64,000 nt of DNA, from IMG/VR virus record IMGVR_UViG_3300037725_000018, positions 159,358-223,357 of that record. One strand, given 5' to 3'. Positions 53,802 to 62,117 of this stretch are shown here, piece after piece. The position numbers and the translations under genes are program-made. Every line of letters starts with the position of its first letter. Positions within the stretch are counted from its first letter, which is position 1. The notes under the pieces were generated by a model. That model saw nothing but the letters and a program-made list of their open reading frames with translations, was not told where the DNA came from and did not search any database.

Positions 53802-54727
53802 TTTCTAAGATCCTTTCTCTTTTCTTTTTCTTCATCTAGGAGCGTTCTTGGCGAGTTCCCGGACAGACTTTTTTCTGTATTCACAAGAATTTCAATAAGC
53901 CGATACATTTCATCCGGCTCCAAAGAAGCAAACTGGTCGCTCCCCCACATATCTCTGTCTAAGGTCACGTGGCGTTCCATCCACTTCGATCCCAAGGCAA
54001 CGGCTACTGCTGCGGTTTCAAGTTCGGTTTCATGCCCGGAGTACCCAAGCTCTTTACCGTGACCCGTTCCGTACATCTGTTGAAGTGTTCTCTTTAGGTG
54101 TCGGATGTATTGAAGTTGAAGATTTTCTGCTTTTGTCGGGTAGCTTGAAACCGAATGCATAACAACGTCCGGGTCGCAGTTCCAGATGCTTTCTTGAATT
54201 TCCCGCTCAGTTGACATTCCCGTTGAGACAATGAGAAAGTCAAACTTTTCTCTTGCGTATTCGGTAAGCTTTTTGTTTGTAAGATGTGCAGATGGAATTT
54301 TGCCTATGTCCGTGTATTGGGCCATAAAGTCAACACTTTCGGTGTCCCATACGCTAGAGAAAATGGAAACATCCAAGTCCCGGACATACCGAAAAAGTTC
54401 TTCAAACTCTTCCTTGCCAAACTCGATATACTCTTTGTACTTAATGTACGGGATAGGGTCCTCTTCAAATGGGGTTTGGCGAAGCTGGCTTTTTTTCCAT
54501 TCGGGGACGCAAACTTCCGGTGTTCTTTTTTGAAACTTCACAAAATCAAACCCACACGTTTCAGACACATCAATTAACTTTTTCGCGGTGTCTACGTCTC
54601 CGTTGTGGTTGATTCCGATTTCGCCAACCGAAGTTACGTTTTTCGGCGTAACTTGACGTTTATCTGTTGATTTTAAAAAAGAGTCGGTTTGGTTTTTTAC
54701 GTCGTCATATGTGTAAAGTGTGTTCAC
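53798..54727 (-). CDS. neuB: N-acetylneuraminate/nonulosonate synthase (short form, no SAF domain)
   Basis: GEIGINHNGD, VKFQKR, KIPSA, IVSTGMS, MHSVSSYP, GYSGHE, ERHVTLDR.MWGSDQ.ASLEP. Confidence 0.93.
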   Translation of the reverse strand: MNTLYTYDDVKNQTDSFLKSTDKRQVTPKNVTSVGEIGINHNGDVDTAKKLIDVSETCGFDFVKFQKRTPEVCVPEWKKSQLRQTPFEEDPIPYIKYKEYIEFGKEEFEELFRYVRDLDVSIFSSVWDTESVDFMAQYTDIGKIPSAHLTNKKLTEYAREKFDFLIVSTGMSTEREIQESIWNCDPDVVMHSVSSYPTKAENLQLQYIRHLKRTLQQMYGTGHGKELGYSGHETELETAAVAVALGSKWMERHVTLDRDMWGSDQFASLEPDEMYRLIEILVNTEKSLSGNSPRTLLDEEKEKRKDLRK

Positions 54728-54777
54728 GTTACTTTTAATAATATCTTGGTAGTTTGTTCTTCAAAACCTGTGTAACA

Positions 54778-55434
54778 CTAGTATTTGATTTGAATTTTAT
54801 CTTGTTGTTGCATTCGTTTCATAAGTTTCTTCTCTGCGCTGTAGTCGTGTGGCCCGGAAATGTCTTGATCCAACTCTTCAAAATAATGTCTTTTTTCCAC
54901 GTCTGACTTCATGTGAAAACCAAAACCATAAAGATCAATCTCTACGTCACTTCCAGAACACTCGCTTAACAGAATCGTCATTAAAAGTCCAAGACTCGCT
55001 TGCCCGTGAGTGTTATACTTTCGAAGCTTACGTTTTGACAGAGAATAAATTCTATTGTTTAAAAACAAAAGCTCGTTTGCCACATCTTCATAAAATTCAA
55101 CTGCCCGTTTTCTGCGTTTTGATCCAGAGGGTTTGAATATAAGACGTTCTCCGTCCGTGATTCGGGCCATATCCTCTTTAGTTGTTTCAGAGGCGTTAAT
55201 TCCGTGTCCTAAATGCATTACGGAGTTTAAACACCGAAACGTCGTCTTCGACCCAACGTGCTTTTCGTACCCCTCTACCTCTGCACCGTTGAACCTTAAA
55301 ACCCAATCATGGTCGTCAATTTCGCTTCCAAGTGTGTTTTCTAACACAACGCCGGAGTTCCCAACAATCGCCACAGATGAAGGGATCGTGTAGTTGAACT
55401 TAGATTGAAAATACGTTGAAATTCCTTTTGGCAT
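54778..55434 (-). CDS. GT29 sialyltransferase
   Basis: Sialylmotif L AIVGNSG..IDDHDWVLRFN....Y..HVGSKTTFR; S-motif; HYF; HDYSAE. Confidence 0.88.
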   Translation of the reverse strand: MPKGISTYFQSKFNYTIPSSVAIVGNSGVVLENTLGSEIDDHDWVLRFNGAEVEGYEKHVGSKTTFRCLNSVMHLGHGINASETTKEDMARITDGERLIFKPSGSKRRKRAVEFYEDVANELLFLNNRIYSLSKRKLRKYNTHGQASLGLLMTILLSECSGSDVEIDLYGFGFHMKSDVEKRHYFEELDQDISGPHDYSAEKKLMKRMQQQDKIQIKY

Positions 55435-55440
55435 TTTGAT

Positions 55441-56082
55441 TTATTTCACAATATCAAATTGATTAGACTCGCAAAACCTGTTCACAACTTCTTCTTCTTT
55501 ATCCCACGTATGAGAACCGTCGTGGTGGTCGCTCCATTGTTCCCAATAATGGCGGTTTTCAACTTTTTCTTGGTGAAACCCAAATCCGTAAAGCGTAACA
55601 TGCTCGCAAAGGCAAGAAAACGTAAGACAAGCAAACATTCCGGTTGAAGGGTGTCTATTTAACTTGTGTTTTACATCTTTTGAAATATATTCTTTAAATT
55701 CTTCAGTAAGCTCGTAAATCGTATTTGAACTATGCGTTAAATTTCGAGCAACGTTTAAAGACCTTTCGTTAACGGGGACGAATATCAAATTTTGATTTCT
55801 AAGCGTTTTAAGCCAGTTTGAAGGCGTAGACGTGTAGTTAAGCGTTTTTCCCTGCTGAAGAAGCCCGTTGACAAGCCGAAACGTCGTTTTTGATCCAACG
55901 TCTTCTTTATGTCCTTTCACTTCTGCGGCGTTCATCCGAACAACACATTCATGGCTGTCAATTTCTTCTCCATTTCCAGAACCGGAAAGGATTCCGCTAT
56001 TTCCCACCACCGCACAATCAGTGAAGCTAACTGTTTTATCTTTGAATATGCGTTGGTGGGGTTTGGGTTGCCGCTTAATCAT
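55441..56082 (-). CDS. GT29 sialyltransferase
   Basis: CAVVGNSGIL..IDSHECVVRMN...DVGSKTTFR; PSTGMF..C..VTLYGF; HYW; HTWDKE. Confidence 0.92.
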   Translation of the reverse strand: MIKRQPKPHQRIFKDKTVSFTDCAVVGNSGILSGSGNGEEIDSHECVVRMNAAEVKGHKEDVGSKTTFRLVNGLLQQGKTLNYTSTPSNWLKTLRNQNLIFVPVNERSLNVARNLTHSSNTIYELTEEFKEYISKDVKHKLNRHPSTGMFACLTFSCLCEHVTLYGFGFHQEKVENRHYWEQWSDHHDGSHTWDKEEEVVNRFCESNQFDIVK

Positions 56083-56779
56083 TCACTTTTTCTTGATATT
56101 GCCTCCAATCTTCTTTTGTGTCTACGTCAATAACTCTGTTGTTTAGTCGGTAATATATAGTATCTTTGTTATAGAGGTTTTTATTTAGAGAATCAAGTTC
56201 GTCCACCCGAAATACAGATACAAAATGGCTGTACTCGTAGACGTTTTCTCCGGAATGGATTTCAAAGTCAAGGTCTTTGAGCTTCCCCTTTGCCTCTTGC
56301 CTACGAAACTTCCCCCTTTCAGATGGAAAAACGTGACGCGCCTTCATCGTATCTGAATCAAGACGCATCATAAGATGTGAATACGTGTCTTCGGTCGGGG
56401 GCTGCAGGCAAAGAAGGGAAGAAGCTTGGTTCTTTTTGTAAAAGCCAAGGATACTTCGAACGTCTCGCTTGTATTCACGCTCCGGGTAGGTAGGGTACAA
56501 AAGAACAATGTCGTCGTTGTCGTAGAAATCAAACTTTGAAAAGACGTGTTCGATTACAGGCTTTATACTTGTTTCATCCTGTGCAAGTTCTTTGGGGCGT
56601 TCGACAAGCTTCATCCGGCTTTCACGAACGAACTCTTGAATTTTCGGGTCGTCTGTTGTCACAATGATTCGGCTTAAAACTCTACGTGGAAATTTTTCTT
56701 TGATGATCGGGACAAGCTTCCGATTTTTATTCGGAAAACCTTTTGATCCCTCTCTTGCAGGTACAATATAGTGGAACAT
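56075..56779 (-). CDS. neuA: CMP-N-acetylneuraminate (acylneuraminate) cytidylyltransferase
   Basis: IVPAREGSKGFPNKN, VTTDD, RPKELAQD, LYPTYP.R, IDVDT..DW. Confidence 0.9.
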   Translation of the reverse strand: MFHYIVPAREGSKGFPNKNRKLVPIIKEKFPRRVLSRIIVTTDDPKIQEFVRESRMKLVERPKELAQDETSIKPVIEHVFSKFDFYDNDDIVLLYPTYPEREYKRDVRSILGFYKKNQASSLLCLQPPTEDTYSHLMMRLDSDTMKARHVFPSERGKFRRQEAKGKLKDLDFEIHSGENVYEYSHFVSVFRVDELDSLNKNLYNKDTIYYRLNNRVIDVDTKEDWRQYQEKVND

Positions 56780-56825
56780 ACGTGTGTAACATTAAATTTT
56801 AGTAAGTGAATAAAGACTGGCGTTG

Positions 56826-57269
56826 CTACTCTACAACGCGGTCAATTTGATCTGTAAGACTTGTTGTGTACACAAACGATTGAATACCGGACATGTTTCG
56901 AAGATCAAATGTCCGGTACGGATTTTGCTCGAACCCAAAACTTACAATCACGCTATCGTAAAAAGACCTTGGGTTTGGAATAAAGAGGTCCAAAACCGGA
57001 AGAAAACCTTCAAGCGTGTCTGAAACGTTGTCCGGTAAAAACCCAAACGCGGTCAAGACCAAATCTAAAATCTCTTGCTCTGAAATATACTTTATATCAA
57101 TTCCGTGAAGTTTAGAATCGACGTTTTTTTCAAGCACAATCACCTTTCTAGTCTCGGTTTTTCCAGAGGATTTCAAATACTTAAACTCAATAAAGTCCCC
57201 GGACTCCACGTCTTGAAGAACCGTTGGTGATTTATCTGATATTTGATCTTCGTGGTCAAATTCTCTCAT
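56826..57269 (-). CDS. Hypothetical protein (SH3/WYL-like N-terminus, YRTF C-terminal motif)
   Basis: IEFKY..SG..ETRKVIVL...LHGID...YRTFDLRNM. Confidence 0.6.
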   Translation of the reverse strand: MREFDHEDQISDKSPTVLQDVESGDFIEFKYLKSSGKTETRKVIVLEKNVDSKLHGIDIKYISEQEILDLVLTAFGFLPDNVSDTLEGFLPVLDLFIPNPRSFYDSVIVSFGFEQNPYRTFDLRNMSGIQSFVYTTSLTDQIDRVVE

Positions 57270-57460
57270 AGCTCTTTAACACGCCTTTCAAGTTTTTTTT
57301 CAAAGCATCCCGGATATGAAAAAACAGAGTCTTGACTAGTTATTTCACAAGACTTCACGTTAAGAAGAGCCGCTCGAACCGAATCGGTTACTAAATCGGA
57401 CGCATACTTGTCATACTTTTCATTGGACTCTCTGTTGCGGTCAAAAAATATGATAACCAT
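57266..57460 (-). CDS. Family A small protein (dispersed)
   Basis: 64 aa, MVIIFFDRNRE. Confidence 0.75.
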   Translation of the reverse strand: MVIIFFDRNRESNEKYDKYASDLVTDSVRAALLNVKSCEITSQDSVFSYPGCFEKKLERRVKEL

Positions 57461-57463
57461 TTT

Positions 57464-57637
57464 TTAAAAACTGTTTGTGATTATACCCTTCACTTTTTTA
57501 GCGCCCCATGAAGGAAGGATAACCTCGTCTTCTACGGAGTCTAACAGATGATCTTCGCTATATACAAATTCAGAAGAGTAAAAGTTAACCAATCCTTCAT
57601 GGAGCTTTTCATCTTTTCTTGAAAATATGATTACCAT
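57464..57637 (-). CDS. Family A small protein (dispersed)
   Basis: 57 aa, MVIIFSRKDE...VKGIITNSF; read by hand. Confidence 0.7.
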   Translation of the reverse strand: MVIIFSRKDEKLHEGLVNFYSSEFVYSEDHLLDSVEDEVILPSWGAKKVKGIITNSF

Positions 57638-57640
57638 GTC

Positions 57641-58093
57641 CTAGCCATAAATCACTTTGCTTTTGGTTCCGTGAGTTTCGCAATGCTTTAGGGTGTTCTT
57701 GGTTCCACGGGACTTTTCATCGTCTCCACGCGCCTCTTCTGGCATAAGGGCAATAACAATTCCTCCAGCTTCGGAAACCACCTTTGCGATTTCTTCGTTT
57801 CGCTCGAAGTAATTTGTGGCCTTGTACTCCTGCCCGTAGTATTCCGGGTCATGTGCAAAGTATTCTTCATATTCGTAATGGGCCGGGGCATACTCTGTGT
57901 AGGTTACGTCTTCGAACTTCTCTTCATTTTGAAGAAGCCACTTCACCATACGGTCTACGCCTTTTGGATTCCCACCGGAAACAATTTCTAGATTTTCAGC
58001 ACCGAACTTGCTAACGGCTTTTTCAATGACTGTCCGGATCTTGTCCCATCCGTGGTCCCAACTTCTACTTCCAACAATTCCAATCTTTTTCAT
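57641..58093 (-). CDS. SLOG/YspA-like (DUF2493-type) nucleotide-binding protein
   Basis: KIGIVGSRS...IVSGG.PKGVD...RNEEI...SRGTKNT. Confidence 0.8.
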   Translation of the reverse strand: MKKIGIVGSRSWDHGWDKIRTVIEKAVSKFGAENLEIVSGGNPKGVDRMVKWLLQNEEKFEDVTYTEYAPAHYEYEEYFAHDPEYYGQEYKATNYFERNEEIAKVVSEAGGIVIALMPEEARGDDEKSRGTKNTLKHCETHGTKSKVIYG

Positions 58094-58136
58094 AATAGTA
58101 GTAATTGTAAACTGTTTTTTGATTCGTTTAATTCTT

Positions 58137-58577
58137 TCAAACTCCAAGGAAACCGTCCTCAGAGCTATTGTTTTCGCTGTTTAGTATAAACTCGTCCAAT
58201 TCAACGCCCGAAAGAACGTCTTGTTCCGAAAGAGAGATAATGCACTCGTAAGCCCCAACGCATTCTCCAACCGGGCTTTCAACGTCTTCGTCCCAAACCA
58301 TATTTTGAATTTCTTTACGGCTTGGGAGAGAAAGCCGATATCCTCCCACATCGATAGAGCTTAATCCGTCTTCTTTCTCTTTGAATTTGAAATCTCTGTC
58401 AGGGTACCGTTTTGTCAATACCCACATAATCGCATAGTCCGGGTTATGGATAAAGTCTATGTTGTTTGCGGCTCTACTTTCCGAATCTGTAAGTTCAAAG
58501 TTCCCCCGCTCAACTAAGTTTTGAAACGAAAGAGTGCTTTGATCTAGTACCGCTTGTATAAGTTCATTTGGGGTCAT
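58137..58577 (-). CDS. Acidic hypothetical protein
   Basis: 146 aa ORF. Confidence 0.7.
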   Translation of the reverse strand: MTPNELIQAVLDQSTLSFQNLVERGNFELTDSESRAANNIDFIHNPDYAIMWVLTKRYPDRDFKFKEKEDGLSSIDVGGYRLSLPSRKEIQNMVWDEDVESPVGECVGAYECIISLSEQDVLSGVELDEFILNSENNSSEDGFLGV

Positions 58578-58640
58578 TGATATATTTGCTACGTTAGTTT
58601 GTGGTTCATCTACTCATAGATATTAAAAACGTAGCCCTCT

Positions 58641-59120
58641 TTACTGTTCCAACTTGCCCCCAACCATTCTCTTTTTTACCTCTCTGTGCAAATCTTTGAA
58701 AGTGTGCCCTCTCTTTTCATACACCTTTTCTCTTTCAAATATCTTGTCTATTTTCTTGCTCAGATCACAACTTCTTTTCAACCGCACAACACTTCCATCT
58801 TTAAGTTTAACATAATACGTATCGCTAATAAAGAGTGGAAAAATGTCAAAAGACTCCGGATAAGCTACCCTTGCCACATACTTTACATTGTCGGTGCGAT
58901 AAAAATGGATCATTTTTTCCTCGGCACATACAGCGTAGTAACCATCTAAAGAAACGTAACCCGGATCTCTTGACAGCCCATAATTTTTTAGGTCTCTTTC
59001 AAGAGAATCGCATTTAGAATATGCCTTACCGTAAACTTGTAAGACAGAAACTTTTTCAAAAACGGGAATAAGAATTGCCAACAACAAAAAGTTGCCAACG
59101 AAAATTAAAAGCAGATCCAT
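58641..59120 (-). CDS. Membrane-anchored protein, paralog of 59131..59613
   Basis: N-terminal TM helix; shared LQ..G...SK, AE..I.FY..D, FP..F...Y....KD. Confidence 0.7.
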   Translation of the reverse strand: MDLLLIFVGNFLLLAILIPVFEKVSVLQVYGKAYSKCDSLERDLKNYGLSRDPGYVSLDGYYAVCAEEKMIHFYRTDNVKYVARVAYPESFDIFPLFISDTYYVKLKDGSVVRLKRSCDLSKKIDKIFEREKVYEKRGHTFKDLHREVKKRMVGGKLEQ

Positions 59121-59130
59121 TGAAATTTAC

Positions 59131-59613
59131 TTAAACGTTATCTTTTTTCCTTCGCTCGATTTCCCGCACGATTTCTGAAAACGAGAGTTCCGTATCAAGT
59201 TCACCATTTTTCGGCCTATGTGTTCCGTTAATAACCGATGAAAAATACCTGTGTAGTTCGCTAAACGGAAAAACAACTGCGCTTTTTTTGCCAAAGTCTT
59301 TTGTTAAGATCACGTAAGAGTGTGGAAAAAACATAAGTGGTGGAAAAAAGCCCCGGCGCATAGCTACACAAAGAGCCTCTTTATCCTCCCCGTAGAAGTA
59401 TATTGCATCTTCTGCAACAATATAGTCCGGGACTCCCTTTTTGCCAGATACCTCTAAGGGGCCTTTGCCATTCTCAATGTATCCCACGACCTCCGGGCGC
59501 TCATCCTTACTAAAAACAAGTCCCCCAAGAATTTGTGCCTGCAAAACCAACTCTATGAAATACAAGGCAACCACGCCTCCAACGGCAATTGAAAAAAGAA
59601 AAATCCAAATCAT
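59131..59613 (-). CDS. Membrane-anchored protein, paralog of 58641..59120
   Basis: N-terminal TM helix and shared motifs. Confidence 0.7.
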   Translation of the reverse strand: MIWIFLFSIAVGGVVALYFIELVLQAQILGGLVFSKDERPEVVGYIENGKGPLEVSGKKGVPDYIVAEDAIYFYGEDKEALCVAMRRGFFPPLMFFPHSYVILTKDFGKKSAVVFPFSELHRYFSSVINGTHRPKNGELDTELSFSEIVREIERRKKDNV

Positions 59614-59628
59614 TATTTTAATTTGAAA

Positions 59629-60141
59629 TTAAAGGGCCTGTTCTACAATTTCGTCGTGTTTCATTTCGTCGATTTTGCTTTTCTCCCCGAAAACATCCCC
59701 ACTTAGTTCTCCAGCATAGTCAAACGCACAAATTCTTCCGTCTACAACACTTTTCCCGACCTGCCTGCAATCGATGTTTTCAGCCCAAGCCGGGACCATT
59801 GATTCAAATCCTGTTTCTTTGTCCGGTTCAGAAAACGGGATCACCCGCTCCATCATAAGAACGTCAATTCCGTTCATCGAAAGCGTTCTACAGGCGGCAA
59901 GCCTATCCCGGTTCTCTGTTTGGTTTTCGTAGTTTTCTCTTTCGTCAGAGTTTTGGTGCCTTGCGGGGTAATCAATGGGAAGCTTCAAAACATAGTCAGT
60001 TCCTTCTTTAGCCCAAACTATTCTCCCCATTCCGGAGCCAATCCGAACAAACCCAAGCTCTTTAAGTCGCTTTTTACACTCCGAAACTTTTCTGTTGTAC
60101 AACTCCGCTTCGTCGCTAAATACCTCTGACACGTCGTTCAT
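59629..60141 (-). CDS. Minimal protein-kinase-like (phosphotransferase fold) protein
   Basis: RIGSGMGRIVW Gly-loop, YVLKLP Lys, N..E helix, LMMERV, D...QVG...FDY. Confidence 0.65.
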   Translation of the reverse strand: MNDVSEVFSDEAELYNRKVSECKKRLKELGFVRIGSGMGRIVWAKEGTDYVLKLPIDYPARHQNSDERENYENQTENRDRLAACRTLSMNGIDVLMMERVIPFSEPDKETGFESMVPAWAENIDCRQVGKSVVDGRICAFDYAGELSGDVFGEKSKIDEMKHDEIVEQAL

Positions 60142-60177
60142 AACAGGCTTTGGGGGTTTGACTTCAAAACTCGATAT

Positions 60178-60264
60178 TTACACGCAAAAAAGACAAAGCT
60201 TGTTCCCGGTTCACACACGCTTAATTTTTAAAACCGGGAACACACTTTTAAAAAGCCTGTTCAA
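60178..60264. promoter_or_regulatory. Divergent pair of class B promoters
   Basis: Minus: GGAAC(60202-06)-N18-GTGTAA; plus: GGAAC(60237-41)-N17-GTTCAA. Confidence 0.55.
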
Positions 60265-60307
60265 AGAGTAGAAATAAATAAGGCCCCAATGACAAAGCTT
60301 ATTAGAT

Positions 60308-60613
60308 ATGAAGCTTCTTTTTTGCCCCCATTGCGACGACATGTTCAAACTTGACAGAACTGAAACCCGCTCTTGCAAGTGCGGAAGAGTCCGGGGAAAG
60401 AAGTCTGACGGTAGCCACGCAGTTACAAACGGCTGTGGAATCCCTGTTGCTATTGACAACCGGGACTTGTTTATGGCGGCTATGAATCTTAATGAAGAAG
60501 ACTCCGGTGATATGCAATATGAAGAATTCCAGAAGAAGTATAAAATTAAAGCTTGGCTTCGGCCCCACGAAGGAAAAGGAAACCCTCGGTCTGTCGTTGA
60601 CGAAGACCTGTAG
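60308..60613 (+). CDS. Zinc-binding hypothetical phage protein
   Basis: MKLLFCPHCDD...SCKCG; only plus-strand gene in this block. Confidence 0.75.
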   Translation: MKLLFCPHCDDMFKLDRTETRSCKCGRVRGKKSDGSHAVTNGCGIPVAIDNRDLFMAAMNLNEEDSGDMQYEEFQKKYKIKAWLRPHEGKGNPRSVVDEDL

Positions 60614-60919
60614 TTAGTTGAGGGGAATCTCTTCGACCGCATTTGTTTTCTCGTTAAACCGAAGATAATACTTTCCAGCTTCCGCACCTGACTCGTAAGA
60701 CATGCAGACGTGTTTGGATATGTAAAGCTGGTGGATACTAGGATCAAAAGGGACCCAAAATATCTTTCGTTTATAGTCGCAAATCGGTGATCGATCTGAG
60801 TACGTAACAGACCAATCGTGTACGTTTCGAAAAAGGTTATACGTGCTTTTGATTCGTCGGTTTATATCAAGAGGTTCCATCATTTTCTTACTAGTCTTCA
60901 TCGATCCATTTATCATCAA
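60614..60919 (-). CDS. Hypothetical protein (start uncertain)
   Basis: 101 aa ORF. Confidence 0.55.
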   Translation of the reverse strand: MMINGSMKTSKKMMEPLDINRRIKSTYNLFRNVHDWSVTYSDRSPICDYKRKIFWVPFDPSIHQLYISKHVCMSYESGAEAGKYYLRFNEKTNAVEEIPLN

Positions 60920-61865
60920 TATATCCTTTCATTCCAGAGGGATACGAGTCGAAACGTTCTCCATCTTGATCACAAATTCCGTACTTTGAATCTCCGTTAA
61001 ACTGCTTTGAAAATGGGCAAAAGGCACACTTGAACTTTTCCGGGCGCTTTTCCATTGGCTCGGTCGTCTTTTTTCCACCCGGAAAGCCTGTCCGGAGAAA
61101 CTCGTTGAGCCAGTTGTCTACTTGTTCATGGGCCTCACTTGACGTTGGTGGAGTCCATTCGTTGATTCGGCCCGAATCCCAACGCGGGTCAACTTCTCTT
61201 TGGGCAATCCAATACGAAACGTCAACTTGCTCTTTTTTTACTCCAAGCTTGTTTGCGTAAAAGTCTCTGTATGCCAAAAGCTGGTTGACGCGCTCTGGCT
61301 CTTGTTTGTCCCACTTGTTCCAACCGCTTGTTGACGTTTTAATGTCAATGATCTTGTAAGACTCGCGGTGCTTTTCTTTTAAGATCACGTCAAGATAGCC
61401 CACAAACACAACTCCGTCTTTTACCTCTTCTTCAATGGGAACCTCAATACCAACAAGTTCAGTAAAGCTCGGATCAAAGTAATAGTCCCGGTACTTTTTG
61501 AACTCGTCAAGTATCTTTTCGGTCTTCTTGAAGTATTCAGCAAGCTCTCTAGGCGTTGTTGGGGTATCTTCGATACTTGCCCAAGGCTCATTTTCGTTCG
61601 TCTGTTTAAACGCCTCTTGAAGCTTCTCTTTAAACATTTGCTTCAAGTCAATGGCCTTAGCCTTTTCTTTTCCCTCCTCGTACAGAACTTTTAGGTAATG
61701 CTGGATTGTTTCGTGAAAAGCCGTTCCCCCGATTGTGTGAATGCTATCTGTCGGAGGTTTATGGCCTTGCACGTACCTGTACTCCCAAGACTTCGGGCAA
61801 CTCACAAACTTTTTCATTTGCGAGTAACTAATTGTGTGACTATCTGACTTTTTTGAGTTTTGCAT
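60891..61865 (-). CDS. PD-(D/E)XK nuclease, Cas4/RecB-like exonuclease
   Basis: ISYSQ....SCP..W; GTAFHETI; IE; GYLD; IIDIKT; QL.AY; CAFCP...C. Confidence 0.88.
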   Translation of the reverse strand: MQNSKKSDSHTISYSQMKKFVSCPKSWEYRYVQGHKPPTDSIHTIGGTAFHETIQHYLKVLYEEGKEKAKAIDLKQMFKEKLQEAFKQTNENEPWASIEDTPTTPRELAEYFKKTEKILDEFKKYRDYYFDPSFTELVGIEVPIEEEVKDGVVFVGYLDVILKEKHRESYKIIDIKTSTSGWNKWDKQEPERVNQLLAYRDFYANKLGVKKEQVDVSYWIAQREVDPRWDSGRINEWTPPTSSEAHEQVDNWLNEFLRTGFPGGKKTTEPMEKRPEKFKCAFCPFSKQFNGDSKYGICDQDGERFDSYPSGMKGYIDDKWIDED

Positions 61866-61892
61866 GAAGAAAGACCTTGTTTGGTTCTTTCT

Positions 61893-62111
61893 TCATATAT
61901 AGTCAGACTGTATTTTATTATGAAGTTCTTGTTTAGATTCTACTCTTAGACTAGAAGAAAATTTTTGGTAGTCGTATGCCCGAATGCCTAGCTTGCTTTT
62001 TTCTCTCCGGATGAAAAGGAGTGAAAAATTTTCATCCTTGATTAAAGAAAGAAACGGATTATCAAAGTTTGGAATACTTTGGTAATATGTGCGATCAAGA
62101 AAGATAACCAT
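61893..62111 (-). CDS. Family A small protein (dispersed)
   Basis: 72 aa, MVIFLDR...LHNKIQSDYI. Confidence 0.7.
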   Translation of the reverse strand: MVIFLDRTYYQSIPNFDNPFLSLIKDENFSLLFIRREKSKLGIRAYDYQKFSSSLRVESKQELHNKIQSDYI

Positions 62112-62117
62112 CGATCT

